From the NCBI RefSeq assembly GCF_009914755.1, contig NC_060944.1: a stretch of DNA of 64,000 nt; one strand, 5' to 3'. The position numbers were made by a program, and so were the translations under genes. The notes under the pieces were generated by a model that saw only the letters and a list, made by a program, of their open reading frames with translations, had not been told where the DNA came from and ran no database searches. How positions within the stretch are numbered: position 1 is the stretch's first letter; every line of letters starts with the position of its first letter. Below are positions 37,965 to 51,620 of this stretch, piece by piece. This DNA is from the human T2T-CHM13v2.0 reference genome, Homo sapiens.

Positions 37965-39180
37965 AAAACAGTTTTGGGATAGATGGAGGGGATTAAAGAC
38001 GGTAATTAGTGCCAAAGCAAAAAAAGGATAGCTTAGCCAGAGAAGGCAATGCAAAAAGATGGCGGCAAAAAGATGGTGGGGAAAAAAGTTTTTGGCTAGA
38101 TAGAGGTGTAAAAACAGGGTGGGAAGCGGGAGGGAAGGAATATTTTGCAGAAAGACAGTGGGTAAAAAGTTTAAGGGTAGATGGAGGGGGTAAAGAGGGT
38201 GTCAAGTGGGAGGAGGAAAATGAGGGAGGTGATGGGGGAAAACAGGGCAAGCAGTAGGGAGAGAAGGTTTTGTGAAAAGACAGTGGGGCGAAAATACAGT
38301 GGGTGGGGGAAGTTTTCGGGTTGAGGAGCAAAAGAGGGTAGCAAGTGGGAGAAGGGAAAAGAGGGTAGCCAGCAGGAGGAAGACAAGGTTTTGTGAAAAG
38401 ACAGTGGCAGAAAAGAAAGACGGTAGAGAAAGAAAAGACGATGGGTAAAAAGTGTTTGGATAGATGGAGGGGGGAAATAGGGTGAGAGGAGGAAGAAAGA
38501 GGGTGGCAAGAGGGAGCAGGGATGGGGGTTGGGAAAACGACGGAAAAACAGTTTGGGGTAGGTGGAGTGCAAAAAAAGAGGGTGGCAAGCAGGATAGGGG
38601 AAAGAAGAGCACGAACGGTAAAGGGGGGAGACTTTGAAAAGGGGGAAGTTTTGGGGTGTAGATGGAGGGGGAAAGAGGGAGGTGAATAGGAGTGGGGAGA
38701 AGGCTTTGTGAAAAGACGGGGGAAATGTTTTTGGGTAGATGGAGAAGGGAAAGAGAATGGCAAGGAGGAACGGGGGAAAGACTATGAAGAAAACAGTTTT
38801 TGGGTGGATGAAGGGGGAAAAGAGTGTAGTGAGCAGCAGGAGTGGAGAGAAGGTTTTGGGAAAAGACGGGGGAAAATGTTTTTGCTTAGATAAAGGAGCA
38901 AAAGAAGGTGATGAGAGCGGGAGGGGGAAAAGAGGGAGGCCAGGGATAAGGGGAAAAGACGGTGGGAAGAAACTGGGGAAAGGGTTTGGGTAGATGGATG
39001 GGGAAAAGGGTGTTGAGCAGGAGAGTAGAGAAGGCTTTGAGAAATCAGGGTGGGCAAAAAATGATGAAGTTTGGGGGGCAGATGGTGGAAGAAAAAGGGT
39101 GGTGAGAGGGAGGGGGCCAAAGGCGGTCGGGAAAAGAAGGTAGGGAAATAATGGTGGGGGACAAAGTTTTCGGGTAGATT
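37965..39180 (+). repeat. Purine-rich degenerate tandem repeat (~80-120-nt units)
   Basis: About 12 recurrences of ttttgggtagatggaggggg-like motifs, plus repeated gttttgtgaaaagacggtggg; very few C on the + strand. Confidence 0.85.
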
Positions 39181-39309
39181 TTTTTAAATAAGATCATTTG
39201 TATTTTTGCTTTTGAGCAGTTTGAGTTCTTTATATATTTTGTGTATGAACCCCTTGCCTGATGCATAGTTTGCAAATACTTGTTTCCATTCTCTGGGTTG
39301 TTTCTTCAT

Positions 39310-39960
<651 letters not shown>

Positions 39961-42900
39961 TGGAAACAACTTTATTTTCTAGTGTTGTATTTGTATATAT
40001 ACTTAAATAGCCTTTAGTTTTAATAAAGTTGCTTTTAAAATATGTATCTTATTTTTCAGAAATATACCCTAAGGCATGTGATTAGTTGGGTGGCATGTTC
40101 TTTAGTTTTTACAATTGAAGGATTGTCATTCCTTTATACAAAAAAAAAAAAAAAATTAAAGGTGAATTTTTATTATATACTAGAGGAAAGAAGGCAGATA
40201 CTAAATAATAAATACTGTATGCTTCCATGTAAATAAAATTTGAAATTCCCAAGACAATGCATTAAACCCTTCTGTGGTTGAAGTTGGGAATTTCATTGGC
40301 AAAGGTCATGCAATAAATGTGTAGGTGAAGGGAATATTCTATATTCGATTGTGTAGGTGATTATCTAGCTTTATAAATTTGTAAAACTGAACTGGACTAA
40401 AATGTGTGCCTTATACGCAAATTATTCTATAAAATTGATTAAAACTAGTTAGGAGAGAATCAGTCAAGGGGAAAAGAAAGAAAAAACACGTGAAAAAATA
40501 ATGCCAATGCACTAGAATTGTCTTTGATGACATGAAATATAGCCTGGCCTTCTCTTAATTCTTTTTAAAATTTATGTAGATTTCTCAATCCTTTGATACT
40601 TTTTTCTCAACACACCTTATATTCTCGTATATGTTGATGTATGGTTACATAAGAGAGGACTCTTTTACAGTTGGACTGGAACAGCTTGATATTTATATCT
40701 AGAGATGCATTGGAAGCATAACACTGACCATGAGCAAGATGTAAATGGCATATGCTAGTTAGTGATTCATAATCTGTTGCTTTAAGTTTCGTGCCAACTG
40801 GTCTACGTCGTTGAGAATGTTTAGTTTGATGGTTTACACAACGTGGCTTAAGAAGTATATGACCAACAATGTATGAGGGAGCCTGCTATAAAGACTTTTC
40901 TACACTTCCCTTAAATTATTATAGTAAGCTCAAATCTTGAAGGTTCATAATAGACAGATAAAATGTGTCCGTGAGACTGAGAAAGGATCCTGAAAGACAG
41001 ACTTTCAATGATTTCCTGCATTTTATTTCTGTTGTACTTTATCTTTACCTTTATTAAACACTAATAAGGTTCTTCTTATAGGGCCTCACAGGCCTTTTTA
41101 GTTTTCCAACCTATTCATACTTGGTGCAAACCTAGTAATTTTTTGCATGATAGTATTGGGATTTTACTCTGAGGCTAGGTTTCAAAACTGTAAAAACAGC
41201 TTTCTGGAATTGTATCATTTTCAGTCTTTCCATGTGTTCCATTGTCCCAGCCACACACACACCAGATAACAAAACGAAAAGCAACCTCAAAAGGTAACAC
41301 ACCTATAGTAGATGTTTTTACCTCTTGTAAAATCTAAGGAAAATATACTAAAAATGAAGGCATCAGTAAAATAGTATCACTTTAGGTTGACCTCGAGTAT
41401 TTCAACATCAGTCTAGCTTCAGAACAATACATTTGCAAGGGGAAATGGGGTACTTTTGTGGTTCTTTACACGTGTTATTTCAATTGAAATAGAAAAAAAG
41501 AACTAAGTTGAACTAACTATAACCATAAAAAGAAGGTTTTATCAGTATTGAAATAAAATAACAGAAAATGCATTTGTGGGTCTGACCTCAGGACGGATTT
41601 TAAATAGTCAATGCTACCTCTCTCATTCCCTCTTCTCTGAGCATCAGCTTTATTCTTATTCCATCTTACTTAATTTGGCATGACAGATACAGACTCATTC
41701 TTACAACAGACACCATCAGAAGTGAAACCTTTGCTCCAACTCTTGAAAAATCTGAGATGCATTTTGACTATTCTCAGATCATGGATCTATTACTTGGATC
41801 AAAAAGTACTGCACAGGGAAGTAGATACTATAATCTCTGACATTACAGTTTCAAGGTTGGAGTGACAAAGGGATAGCTCCCATAACGAGGGAGTATCATA
41901 GAAATGATATTTTCATGGTCATACTTTTGTGAACTAGGCAGACATCCCTTCATGTCAACTACATCTCTACTTTGAACAGATAAATATCCATGCATATACA
42001 AAATTATACAGTAATATAAGCATGCTTTTCATTAAAATTTTAACCCAAACAGTCTATTTAGGAGAATAAATACCGATACAGGAGATAATTCTGCTTGAAT
42101 GATCTTTACCCTTGGGGAGACATAAATAAAATAATGTCATACTTTATTATGAAATGACTATGCAGCATATTTATGAATAAACTTTCATAATAAATTTCTT
42201 TATTGTCTAAAATAAGCACAAAAGCCCTTTTAGTTAATTAATATCCCTTTTTAATATACAGAATAAATATAAGAAAAGAGCACAAATGGTATTATGCCAG
42301 CACACAGAAACAATTTCAGTTAAAAGTCAATCCTGTATTTTGAGAACCTGACAAAATCATAATTGAAAATAGTGTATTATCTTACATGCAGATGTTGTGT
42401 AATCAGGGACATCCAAATCAACTTACATCCAAATATTTCACAATTAATCTTTGACATATTCTGTGAAGTATTGTAAAACCATGCCCTCAGGAATATAAAA
42501 GCACAAAGGGAGGCAGGACTCCATATAGCCATTTATTCATTTCCTAAGGTTAGATACAATGAGGACTGCATCTTCAACATTATCAGGGCCATACAGATAT
42601 TGGAGCTTAAGGATAATATCCAATTTCATAGCAATCTGTTAAAGTATAAGCCAGTCTTATGACCCAAATGTGCACCATAATAATTTCCATCTTGAGTGAT
42701 GATGCTACAAATACAAAGGAATACTGCATCTCTAAAATAAACTACGTTTATATGACATGAGAACAATTTGATGAAAAGAAGGCAAACTATGAATAGTAAC
42801 TTTGTTTTTTTAATTGTTTTCATTGTGTGTATTCATATCTGAAAATATAATACCATGTAATTAGAAAAGTTATAATAAAATAAGACTGGAAGTCTTAACT

Positions 42901-45767
42901 TTTTATATCAAATGTTCTGCACACAATTATAGCCTTTTACTGATGATCTATGGCTCCAAAATATTGGTAGCTATAATTATGCTTTGTAAAACAGAAGCTA
43001 TGAATGCCTTACTACAGAAAGACACAAAGAATCATTTCCTTACTCACTCACTGCTAGTAGACCCTGAGGCACAGCATTTCCTGCCCAGATACCTGATTAT
43101 TAATCCCGTTTTTGTTAGGGGTATACTAACATTAACTAACGGAGATCGGTGCTTAAACCAGTTAACGTAAAGAAATGCTGTAGGAACTGAAATATTCCTT
43201 TTAAATTAACAAAAGTGTTCTTCTAGACAGACAAAGTTACATGAGGACCCAAATGTATACCAGAAAATCATTTGATGAACATGGAATTAATAAAAGAATG
43301 TTTTGTTATATGGTTTTAGTACTTCGTTGGTGCCAGGTTACAGACATGTGGCCCTAGATAGGGTAACTCTACAGAAGAGAATTTAATTTGTTTACCTGCT
43401 TCACTAGAAATCCAACAATTAAGTCAGTGACTCTATTTTCCAATATTCATTTCCTCCATTTTTTCATCTCTTTTTGATTGATGGTATCATTTCATTATTT
43501 CATTTTCATTGACATGGAATTCATTTTGGCTAAAATGACTTTTTGACTATTTGTATATACATATATGATTTTAAAATCAATGAACAATATTGTTTCTCTA
43601 TTTCCAAGATTATCCCTCTATATTCTCTAAAGTCGATACTGTGAAACAGTCCAGATATGAGTCTAGGAATGGCAGTATGAAATACTGTAAAACTGGAAGC
43701 AACTTAGTAGGTAATCAATAGGGAAAAATGAAACTCAATATAATTGACTCTAGTTAATGTAATGATGCATTTATTTTACATTTTTCTTGCATTCCTGAGA
43801 TAAGTCCTGCCTGGTTATAGTATATTATGTATTTTATGTATTGCTGGATTTTGATCATTAGCATTTTGCTGAAGATTTTTTCCATCTACTTTTGTTAAAG
43901 ATATTGTTCTGTGTTTTTGTTTTTGTTTTTGTTTTTGTTTTGATGCTATTGTCTGGTTTTGTTATTAGGGTAATACTAGCTTCATAGAATAAACTGGGAA
44001 GTGTATTCTCTTTTTTTTCTTTTGCAAGAGTTTGTAAATAATTGTATTAATTCAACTTTGAATGTTTGGTAGAGGCATTCTTGGCTAGAAGATTTTGTTG
44101 CTGTTGTCATTGTTTCCTGAGGTGGTAGTTTTGATTACTAACTTAATCTCTTTACTTGATAAGATTTTATATATCTCCTTGACTCATTTTTGCTAATTTG
44201 AACCTTTCTTAGAATTTGTCCAGTTCTTAAAAAGTATCTAAATTTTAGATGTAATTTTTCATAGGTACTTTTATAATAATTTTTTATTTCTTTAAGTTTA
44301 GTGTCCTTTTAAAAATTTCATTAATACTTGAATAGCTTCTCTTTCTTGTTGGTCGGTCTATCTAAATTGTGGCCACTGTTGATGTGTTCAAAGAAACAAT
44401 TTTTGGCTTTGTTGAGGTTCTCAATTGTTTTTCTATTTTGTATTTCACTAATTTGTATATCTCTAATACTTTCTTGTGGTTGCTGTAGTTTTAATTTGCT
44501 CTTCTTTTTTCAGTGCCTTATGGTGGCAGGTTAGAGAATGTTATTTTTGAGTATGAGAACTACTTTTATTGCATCACAGAGATACTATGCATTCTTAAAG
44601 TATTTTAACTTTTTTAAAGTATTTTCTAATTTATCTTATTATTTCTTCTTGAACCCATTGGTTATTTAATAGCATGTTGTTTAATTTCCACATAATTCTG
44701 AGTTTCCCAAATTTTCCTATTGCTGATTTATTATTTTACTCAATTATTGTCTGAAAATATACTTCGTATTATTCCAATGTTTAAATTCATTGAGGTCTAT
44801 TTTATGGCCTGGGGTATGGTATTCCTGGGTAATGTTGCATGTGCACTTGAGAATCTACTGTTGTTACGGTGTTCCTTAAATATTTAATCAGTCTAGTTAT
44901 TTTATAGTATTGTTCAAGTGTTCTATTTCTTTGTTGATCTTCTGCCTAGTCATTTGATCCACTTGTGAAAGTGAGTATTAAAGGCTGCAAGAAGTATGTT
45001 AAATTGTCTAATTAATCTTCATTTTTGGAGGTTTCTACGTCAATGGATTTTGAAGTCTTTTCATTACACATATATATGCTTATAATTGCTATTTATTTTT
45101 GAGATATTGGATCTTTATTTCTATGAAATATCTCTCTTTACCTCTGTAATTACCCTTTTGTTTTAAAGTCTACTTTTTTCTGATATTAATGTAACAATTC
45201 CAGCTTTCTTGTGGTTACTGCCTGCATCATATAACTTTTCCATCCTTTTTTTTCTATGAATTTTCATTTTTGGATCTGAAGTGTGTCTTCTGCAGACAAT
45301 ATGTAGATGGATCTTGTTTATTTAATTTGTTTTTCCTCCAGTCTGACAATCTGTCTTTTATTTGAATATTTAAATTCATTTTTACTTGAGGTTACTAGTA
45401 TAGTTAGATTTACATCCATCATTTTACTTCAGTTTTCTGTATACCTTATGTCTTTTCATTCCTCTATTCCTCCTTTACTGCTTTCTTTTGAATTAGATAT
45501 TTTTTATAAAACATTTAATTTAAATTTAATAATATTTTATCTATATATTTTCAATGTTTCCCTGAATTGCTACTTTAGGGTTTACTGTAGACATCTTATC
45601 ACAATCAATTTTAGATACACAACAATTCTAGTGACATAAGTATATATAAATGTTACTTTTGTTCACTTTTGTATACTTTGGCTGTCCTTTTTGTGCTATT
45701 ATGGCTGTACACATTACACCTGTATATGATATATACCCAATAATTTAGTGTTATAACTGTTACTTGA

Positions 45768-46135
45768 TGATATGGTTTGTTGCTTTGTCCTCTCCAAAGT
45801 TCATGTTGAAACTTAATTTCAATGTGACAGCATTAAGAGCTGGAACCTTGAGGATATGATTAGGCTATTAGGGCTCTGTCCTCATGGATGGTATGAGTGT
45901 GTTATAGAAGGGCTGGAGGGAATTAGGACCCTTTGCCTTTGCATCCTTTTCACTGTATGAAAATACAGCATTCACCCCCTCTGGAGGATGCAGTATTCAA
46001 GGCACCTCAGCAGACACCAAACCTGCCAGCAAATTGATCTTAAAATTCCAGCCTGCAGAACTATGATAAATAAATTTCTTTACAAATTTCTCAGTCTCTG
46101 GTATATATATGTATGAGCATGAACAGACTAACACA
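45768..46135 (+). mobile_element. Solo MaLR LTR (MST/MLT1A-like)
   Basis: TG...CA ends (tgatatggttt ... cagactaacaca), internal aataaatttct, and a perfect 5-bp TSD cttga at 45763-67 and 46136-40. Confidence 0.88.
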
Positions 46136-46819
46136 CTTGACATAATTTTATGTCTTAAAAAGATAAAAAGAAACGTACTATGTATTTACGGCTTTTGTTA
46201 TATTAACAGTCTTATTTATTATTTCAGGTCTTTTCATTTGTTCAGCATTTGAAACTTCTTCCTGACAGCAGAAGGGCTCTTCTTAGCTGTCTTTTTCCTG
46301 GGTTATTCCTGGTAAACTAGCTGACTTTTGTTTCAAAGCATATGTCTCTAATAAAGTGCCAGTCTCTCTTATTTGCTTTTTACCATCACTTCATTGTTTT
46401 TCGAAGTACCCTTACGGTTGAATTTCCCCAAACTTTTCTTTTGGGAAAAGCTTTAGTTTCTCTGCTGTATGTTGTGCCCCTTCCTTTGGGCAAAACTTCT
46501 GAGCTTTGGCTCTGGTGATTGCAGCAAAGAGAGCAGCATTCTCCTCTCAGAGTGACGGCCCTACTTTGAGACAGGGTCACTGGGATGAGAAGTAGCCGTT
46601 GGTAATCTCAGCTTGCCACTCCTGGAATCAGAACTTTGCCTTACAGCCAAACCAGAAAGAAGGCAATCAGGGCTCAGTGTTCTCAGTGCGTTGCACCCAA
46701 ACAGTCCTCATTCCATGAGTTAGAGCTGGTAGGAAGAAGTGACATTCTACTTCTTGGCCACATTCAACAAAAGCTTAACCTCAAGAACAGGTAGTGGCAG
46801 CAGGTGGGGGTTCAAATGA

Positions 46820-46876
46820 AAAATTCTGATGTACTGTTACTCCCAGAAAATTCTGATGTACTGTTACTCCCAGAAA
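46820..46876 (+). repeat. Perfect 27-bp tandem duplication
   Basis: aaaattctgatgtactgttactcccag twice. Confidence 0.95.
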
Positions 46877-49800
46877 GATACTATAGCCCCCCAATGGGGT
46901 CTAGTAAAAGTCCTGTGTTCTTGGCTACATTGCCTTGAGTAGAGTTTATATCAAGATAGGCTGTGAGAAAGAGAGGTAAGAATGGGTTGTGGATGAAATG
47001 CAAAAAAACTCTCACTGTTCTTAGTGAGTTTCAGTAGATTTTCTTGAATAAATACTTCATCATTTTCTGTGTACCATTATGACTTTTCAAGTGACATAGG
47101 TGATGGTTGTTTTATAATTTTCAACAATTTTATAAAAGATCCATGGAGCTCTTCACATTGCCATTCTAGAGGTGGAACTTCTGCATTTATTTCTTATGCA
47201 AGGAAATTAAGGTTTTCTTTAAGTTACTTTCTCTTCTTTCTTCTAAAATATGCTTTGGAATCTCACTCTTACAGCAAATTGGGTGTCAGTGTATTTCTTT
47301 CTCCAAGAGAAGTCTGCTAGATACTCAAATAATTTTTGTTTGAGATTGTTATGTTTGAAAGGTTGTTTTGTTGTTAAACAAAAGACAATAGGAAGATCAA
47401 CATGAAACCCTCACATTCATTGTATGTATAATATCTTTTCATTCAGAATGAGTTACAGTATATTTGAGTGCTCATAAAGCTTTAAAAAGAAGTGGATTAA
47501 GTAATCAATCTCCCTAGACAGATAAAAAAGCACATGATATTTTGGTATTTCCCAACTTTCATTATTTGACTTTCATGTTCTAGCAAATAACTTTCAACAA
47601 TTTGTCAACGTATTTGCAGTCATTTATATTTTACATTATTAATTCCATTATTTATGCATGTGTTGAATAGACTTTATAGAGTAGATGTTGACACACTCGA
47701 TTTTGTAACAAAGTGAAAAATTACTTTGATACGTATTTCTTTTTTTCTGACAAAATTCTGAAGTGCTTTTCCATCTCTTCCAAAACAACATATAGAAAAC
47801 GTGTTTTTTTCTCATTATTAAATATATGACTCGGAATACAGCAAAACTAATTGGCTATAAAGCAAACCTTTAAAAGAGAAGAGTTTGATGAAAAATATAA
47901 GCATTCTTAGTTATACATAAGATCCCACAGAGCCAACTTTTTTCCAGATTTATGTCCCAATTTTAAACTTTAATTCCTACTGTCTAAGCATTGTGGCTAA
48001 AAGTATGAGATAATTAATTACTCCTGACATCCAACTTTTGTGATCATAGTAGGTGACATTCCTTTGAAAAAAATAACTTAAAAATTTTCTGGTAAATGTT
48101 ACGTTTGTGTGTGGGTGCAGAGTTTAATTTTCATACCAAGCTCACATATCAAAGTTAAGTGTTTTAATTATCTTTTAAGACTATGTCCTTGGATGCTATG
48201 CTATATGCCAATATTTATATATGTTGAATATACTTAACTTTCATTTAACTTACATAGCCATAATGCTTAACTTTAATCAGAGATTCCTTACTAATTCTGA
48301 TGAATGTTGGTAGAAAATATGCTGAAAATAAAATATGTTAGAATAATTTTTAATAAAAGGATAAAAGGAAAGAAACTAGCAGAAGAGCCGGCACCACAGA
48401 AAGCAAAGTCACATTCTGGATCCAAGCAAAGTTTTCATGAGCAAAGAACCAACAAATTGAATTCACGAGACAGGGAGCAGAAGCAAGAGAGAGAAGAGGA
48501 AGTAGACTTCTTTTTGTTTTTGTTTTTTATTTGTTTTCTCATGAGAAGAGTGTACTAGTAGTAGAAGTAAGTTCTATGAATGAGATCAGAAAGACATAGG
48601 TAGAATATCTGGACCCTCTGTATAGGATAGGTAGTTATTATATTGTGTGTTCTGGAGGTAAGATTTATATAAATTCAAGCCTACAATAGTATCAAGGCCT
48701 ATTAAGCAAACATCCATTAGACAGCAAGAAAGACTAAGAGGCTTTCAAACTACAAGTGTTAATAGTTAAATGTGAAGCAAATATATAGACATTTGATACT
48801 ATGACAAAAATAATATGAGGTTTATCATAATTTAATATTTTCTTGTTTAGTAATTATATATAGCTACACACTAGTTTTTCAAAACTTAACTAATCCTCTT
48901 TAAATATATTTCTATGAAATTTCCTGCTATACTTGGGATACAGTTGAGTGTAACCTCATTCTGTAGGATTTTTTTTAAAAAATCATGAAACAACATAGTG
49001 ATAAATTTAAATAGTTTTGCCAGTTGAATCATGTATGTGATAAAAAGGCTTTATATTTCTGATTCCTAAATCAGGGCATGGCAGTACAAATCATAAATCA
49101 AGTATTCTTATGTCCGTTGAATAATTATAGAAGAATAATGCCCAAACCTTTTTTGAATGAGGGTATGTCATGAGCATCAAAAGGGAAAAAAAGTATGAAA
49201 ATCCCTAAGAGTTTTACTCCAGAGAGTCATATAGATTGTGCGTTCTTTAGCTAACATTTTAAAACAAATATCTGAAATCGCTTGCTTAACCCCTTTGAAT
49301 AATATACTATTGTCCTTAAGAGAAATTCAGTAATTTACTAAAGGTTCTTTTCACATAGCCCTGACTTCTCTCTCCAGTCACGTGCCCTTACTGGTGTCTA
49401 TGACCCAAACACACTAGTTGTCTCTCGATTTCACTAAGATGTTCTGCATTCTTTCTTCTCACAGCTTTTATGTCTATTGCTGCTTCTTCAAGGCATACTT
49501 CTCTAATATTTACTAGCTACTGTCTATTATTTTGAATCAGTTTAATGGTTTATTTTTGAGGAGACAAGGGCAAATTTTGCTGCTCTATATTCCCATAGTA
49601 TTGTAGTCTTCTCTTTATTAAAAACTCATCGGGCTAAAAATTGTTTGTGATTCCCATTTATTTACCTGCTAGATTCTAAATTCCATGAAGACTGGAAATG
49701 CAACCCTTTTATTTACCTGTGTATCTCAAACTTTGTATTCTTCCTGTGAGACAGTCTTGTATTTATAAAAATGAATGAAATTTTTGTGTCTATATACTGC

Positions 49801-50950
49801 ATTACCAATACATCTTGCACTATGAAATTTTCCTTAATTTCAAAAAAGCCAAACATTACTTTTTTCTCATTTATATAGTTTGAAATTCTTCTCTGGCAAT
49901 AATGTTTCACCTATAAAAAGACCTTTTTCAAAAAAGAAATACAGAATTTTTCAAAAAGAACTAAGATAATTGTCCACTAATCTCCCATTAAATCTCTTAG
50001 TTCTACTTCCACGAAAGATATTACCATCTATGATTAATTTGGATTTCAGAGGAAGAAAATGTAGTTTGAGGAAAATGGATTGTGGAGCAATCTCAATGCT
50101 AACTACTATAAAATAGCTTATTACTTGAAAAATGAGGCTATTGTATGAATTTTCACTAGTCAATTGGTAGCAAAAACAAAATTTAAGTGATTGTAAACAT
50201 GTCATATTTTAAACTATCTTGTAAAGATGTAATGTACAGAGATATATATGTTACTAGCATCTGGATTCAGAAAAATATCTAACTGGAACCAGGTTTAAGT
50301 TGGGTAATTGTAGTGTGTCTAATAATTTTAATACAAGGTAAAAACATTTTCTGTTGAAAATCAGTTTTAATATTGAGTTAGGTTTTATTTATATTTTGAA
50401 AATTTAAGGACTCTTGAATATCCTTAAGTAAATTGCAATTTAATGCAATTGTAGTTATACTCAGCAGTATAGTGACACTTGATTAAAGCCATTATAAAGG
50501 AAACATAATCCCATACTGATGATCTTCACATTTCTTTGGGTTAGAGATCAGTTTATATCATTAAGATTACAGTTCAGGAGAAAGGTTATTGACTACATGT
50601 ATCTATAGTGTTGTCTAAGCAACAGTTAGGAGTTTAGTTTGCATGTTTATTATTTTTGAGAGCACATCAATGTAATGAAATGTATTTAAAATTGTACCCA
50701 TATATACATAATTATATATATTTATATATATATTTTTTACAACAGTGTTTTTCCTTGGAGATGGTTCAATCAAATTGCAGAAGAGACACTTCTAATTAGT
50801 TATTAGGAAGGACAAGCTAGGATTGTTTTCCTGAACTTTTGTGACTAGCAATGATGTCTTACAGACGTGGGGGTCTGGACACTTGGATCTTCAATTGGAA
50901 ATGGTTAAAACATTGTTATCCAAAGAATGACAATGGTTTGTTTGCCAAGT

Positions 50951-51259
50951 CTTTTTGTTTTGTTTTGTTTTGTTCTTTTGAGATGGAATCTTGCTCTGTC
51001 ACCCAGACTTGAGTGCAGTGGTGTGATCTCGGCTAACCGTAACCTCCGCCTCCCGGGTTCAAGCAATTATCCCACCTCAGCTTCCTGAGTAGCTGGGATT
51101 ACAGGCAACCGCCATCATGCCCAGCTAATTTTGTATTTTTAGTAGAGATGGTGTTTCACTATGTTGGTCAGGCTAGTCTTGAACTCCTGACCTCAATGAA
51201 TCCATCTGCCTCAGCCTCCCAAAGTGCTGGGATTACAGGCATGTGCCACTGCGTCCAGC
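50951..51259 (-). mobile_element. AluS with TSD
   Basis: tgccaagtctttttgt present on both sides. Confidence 0.92.
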
Positions 51260-51341
51260 TGCCAAGTCTTTTTGTGTTAATATTGCTGTTGAATATATCT
51301 GGTGTTTTCATTCAAGAAAACACTTAAAAGCCATTTTAGGG

Positions 51342-51620
51342 GCCGGGCGCGGTGGCTCACGCCTGTAATCCCAGCACTTTGGGAGGCCGAGGCGGGCGGA
51401 TCACGAGGTCAGGAGATCAAGACCATCCTGGCTAACACGGTGAAACTGCGTCTCTACTAAAAATATAAAAAATTTAGCCTGGCATAGTGGCGGGAGCCTG
51501 TTGTCCCAGCTACTCGGGAGGCTGAGTCAGGAGAATGGTGTGAAACCGGGAGGCAGAGCTTGCAGTCCAGCAGGGCGACAGAGCCAGACTCCATCTCAAA
51601 AAAATAAACAAAAACAAACA
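51342..51620 (+). mobile_element. AluY-like with short right-arm deletion
   Basis: TSD aagccattttagg; cttgcagt is joined directly to ccagcagggcgacagagc. Confidence 0.9.

Larger units (their letters stand above)
35500..37970. repeat. GC-rich REP522-like composite repeat
   Basis: GC/CpG-rich island in AT-rich surroundings, with internal direct repeats and a large palindrome. The family name comes from recall of the largely palindromic pericentromeric REP522 repeat. Confidence 0.55.
43780..47200 (-). mobile_element. Old L1M, interrupted by a MaLR LTR
   Basis: T-rich antisense L1 motifs (gttttgttattagggtaatactagcttcatagaataaactgggaag; tgttgtttaatttccacata). Confidence 0.7.

Noticed and set aside
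37400-38000. Histone H2A/H2B gene pair suggested by the promoter layout
   Set aside because: No histone-like ORF or 3' stem-loop on either side.
37993-38763. 256-aa Pro/Ser/Phe-rich ORF and overlapping ORFs
   Set aside because: By-product of the pyrimidine strand of the purine-rich repeat, where stops are rare; no domain recognised.
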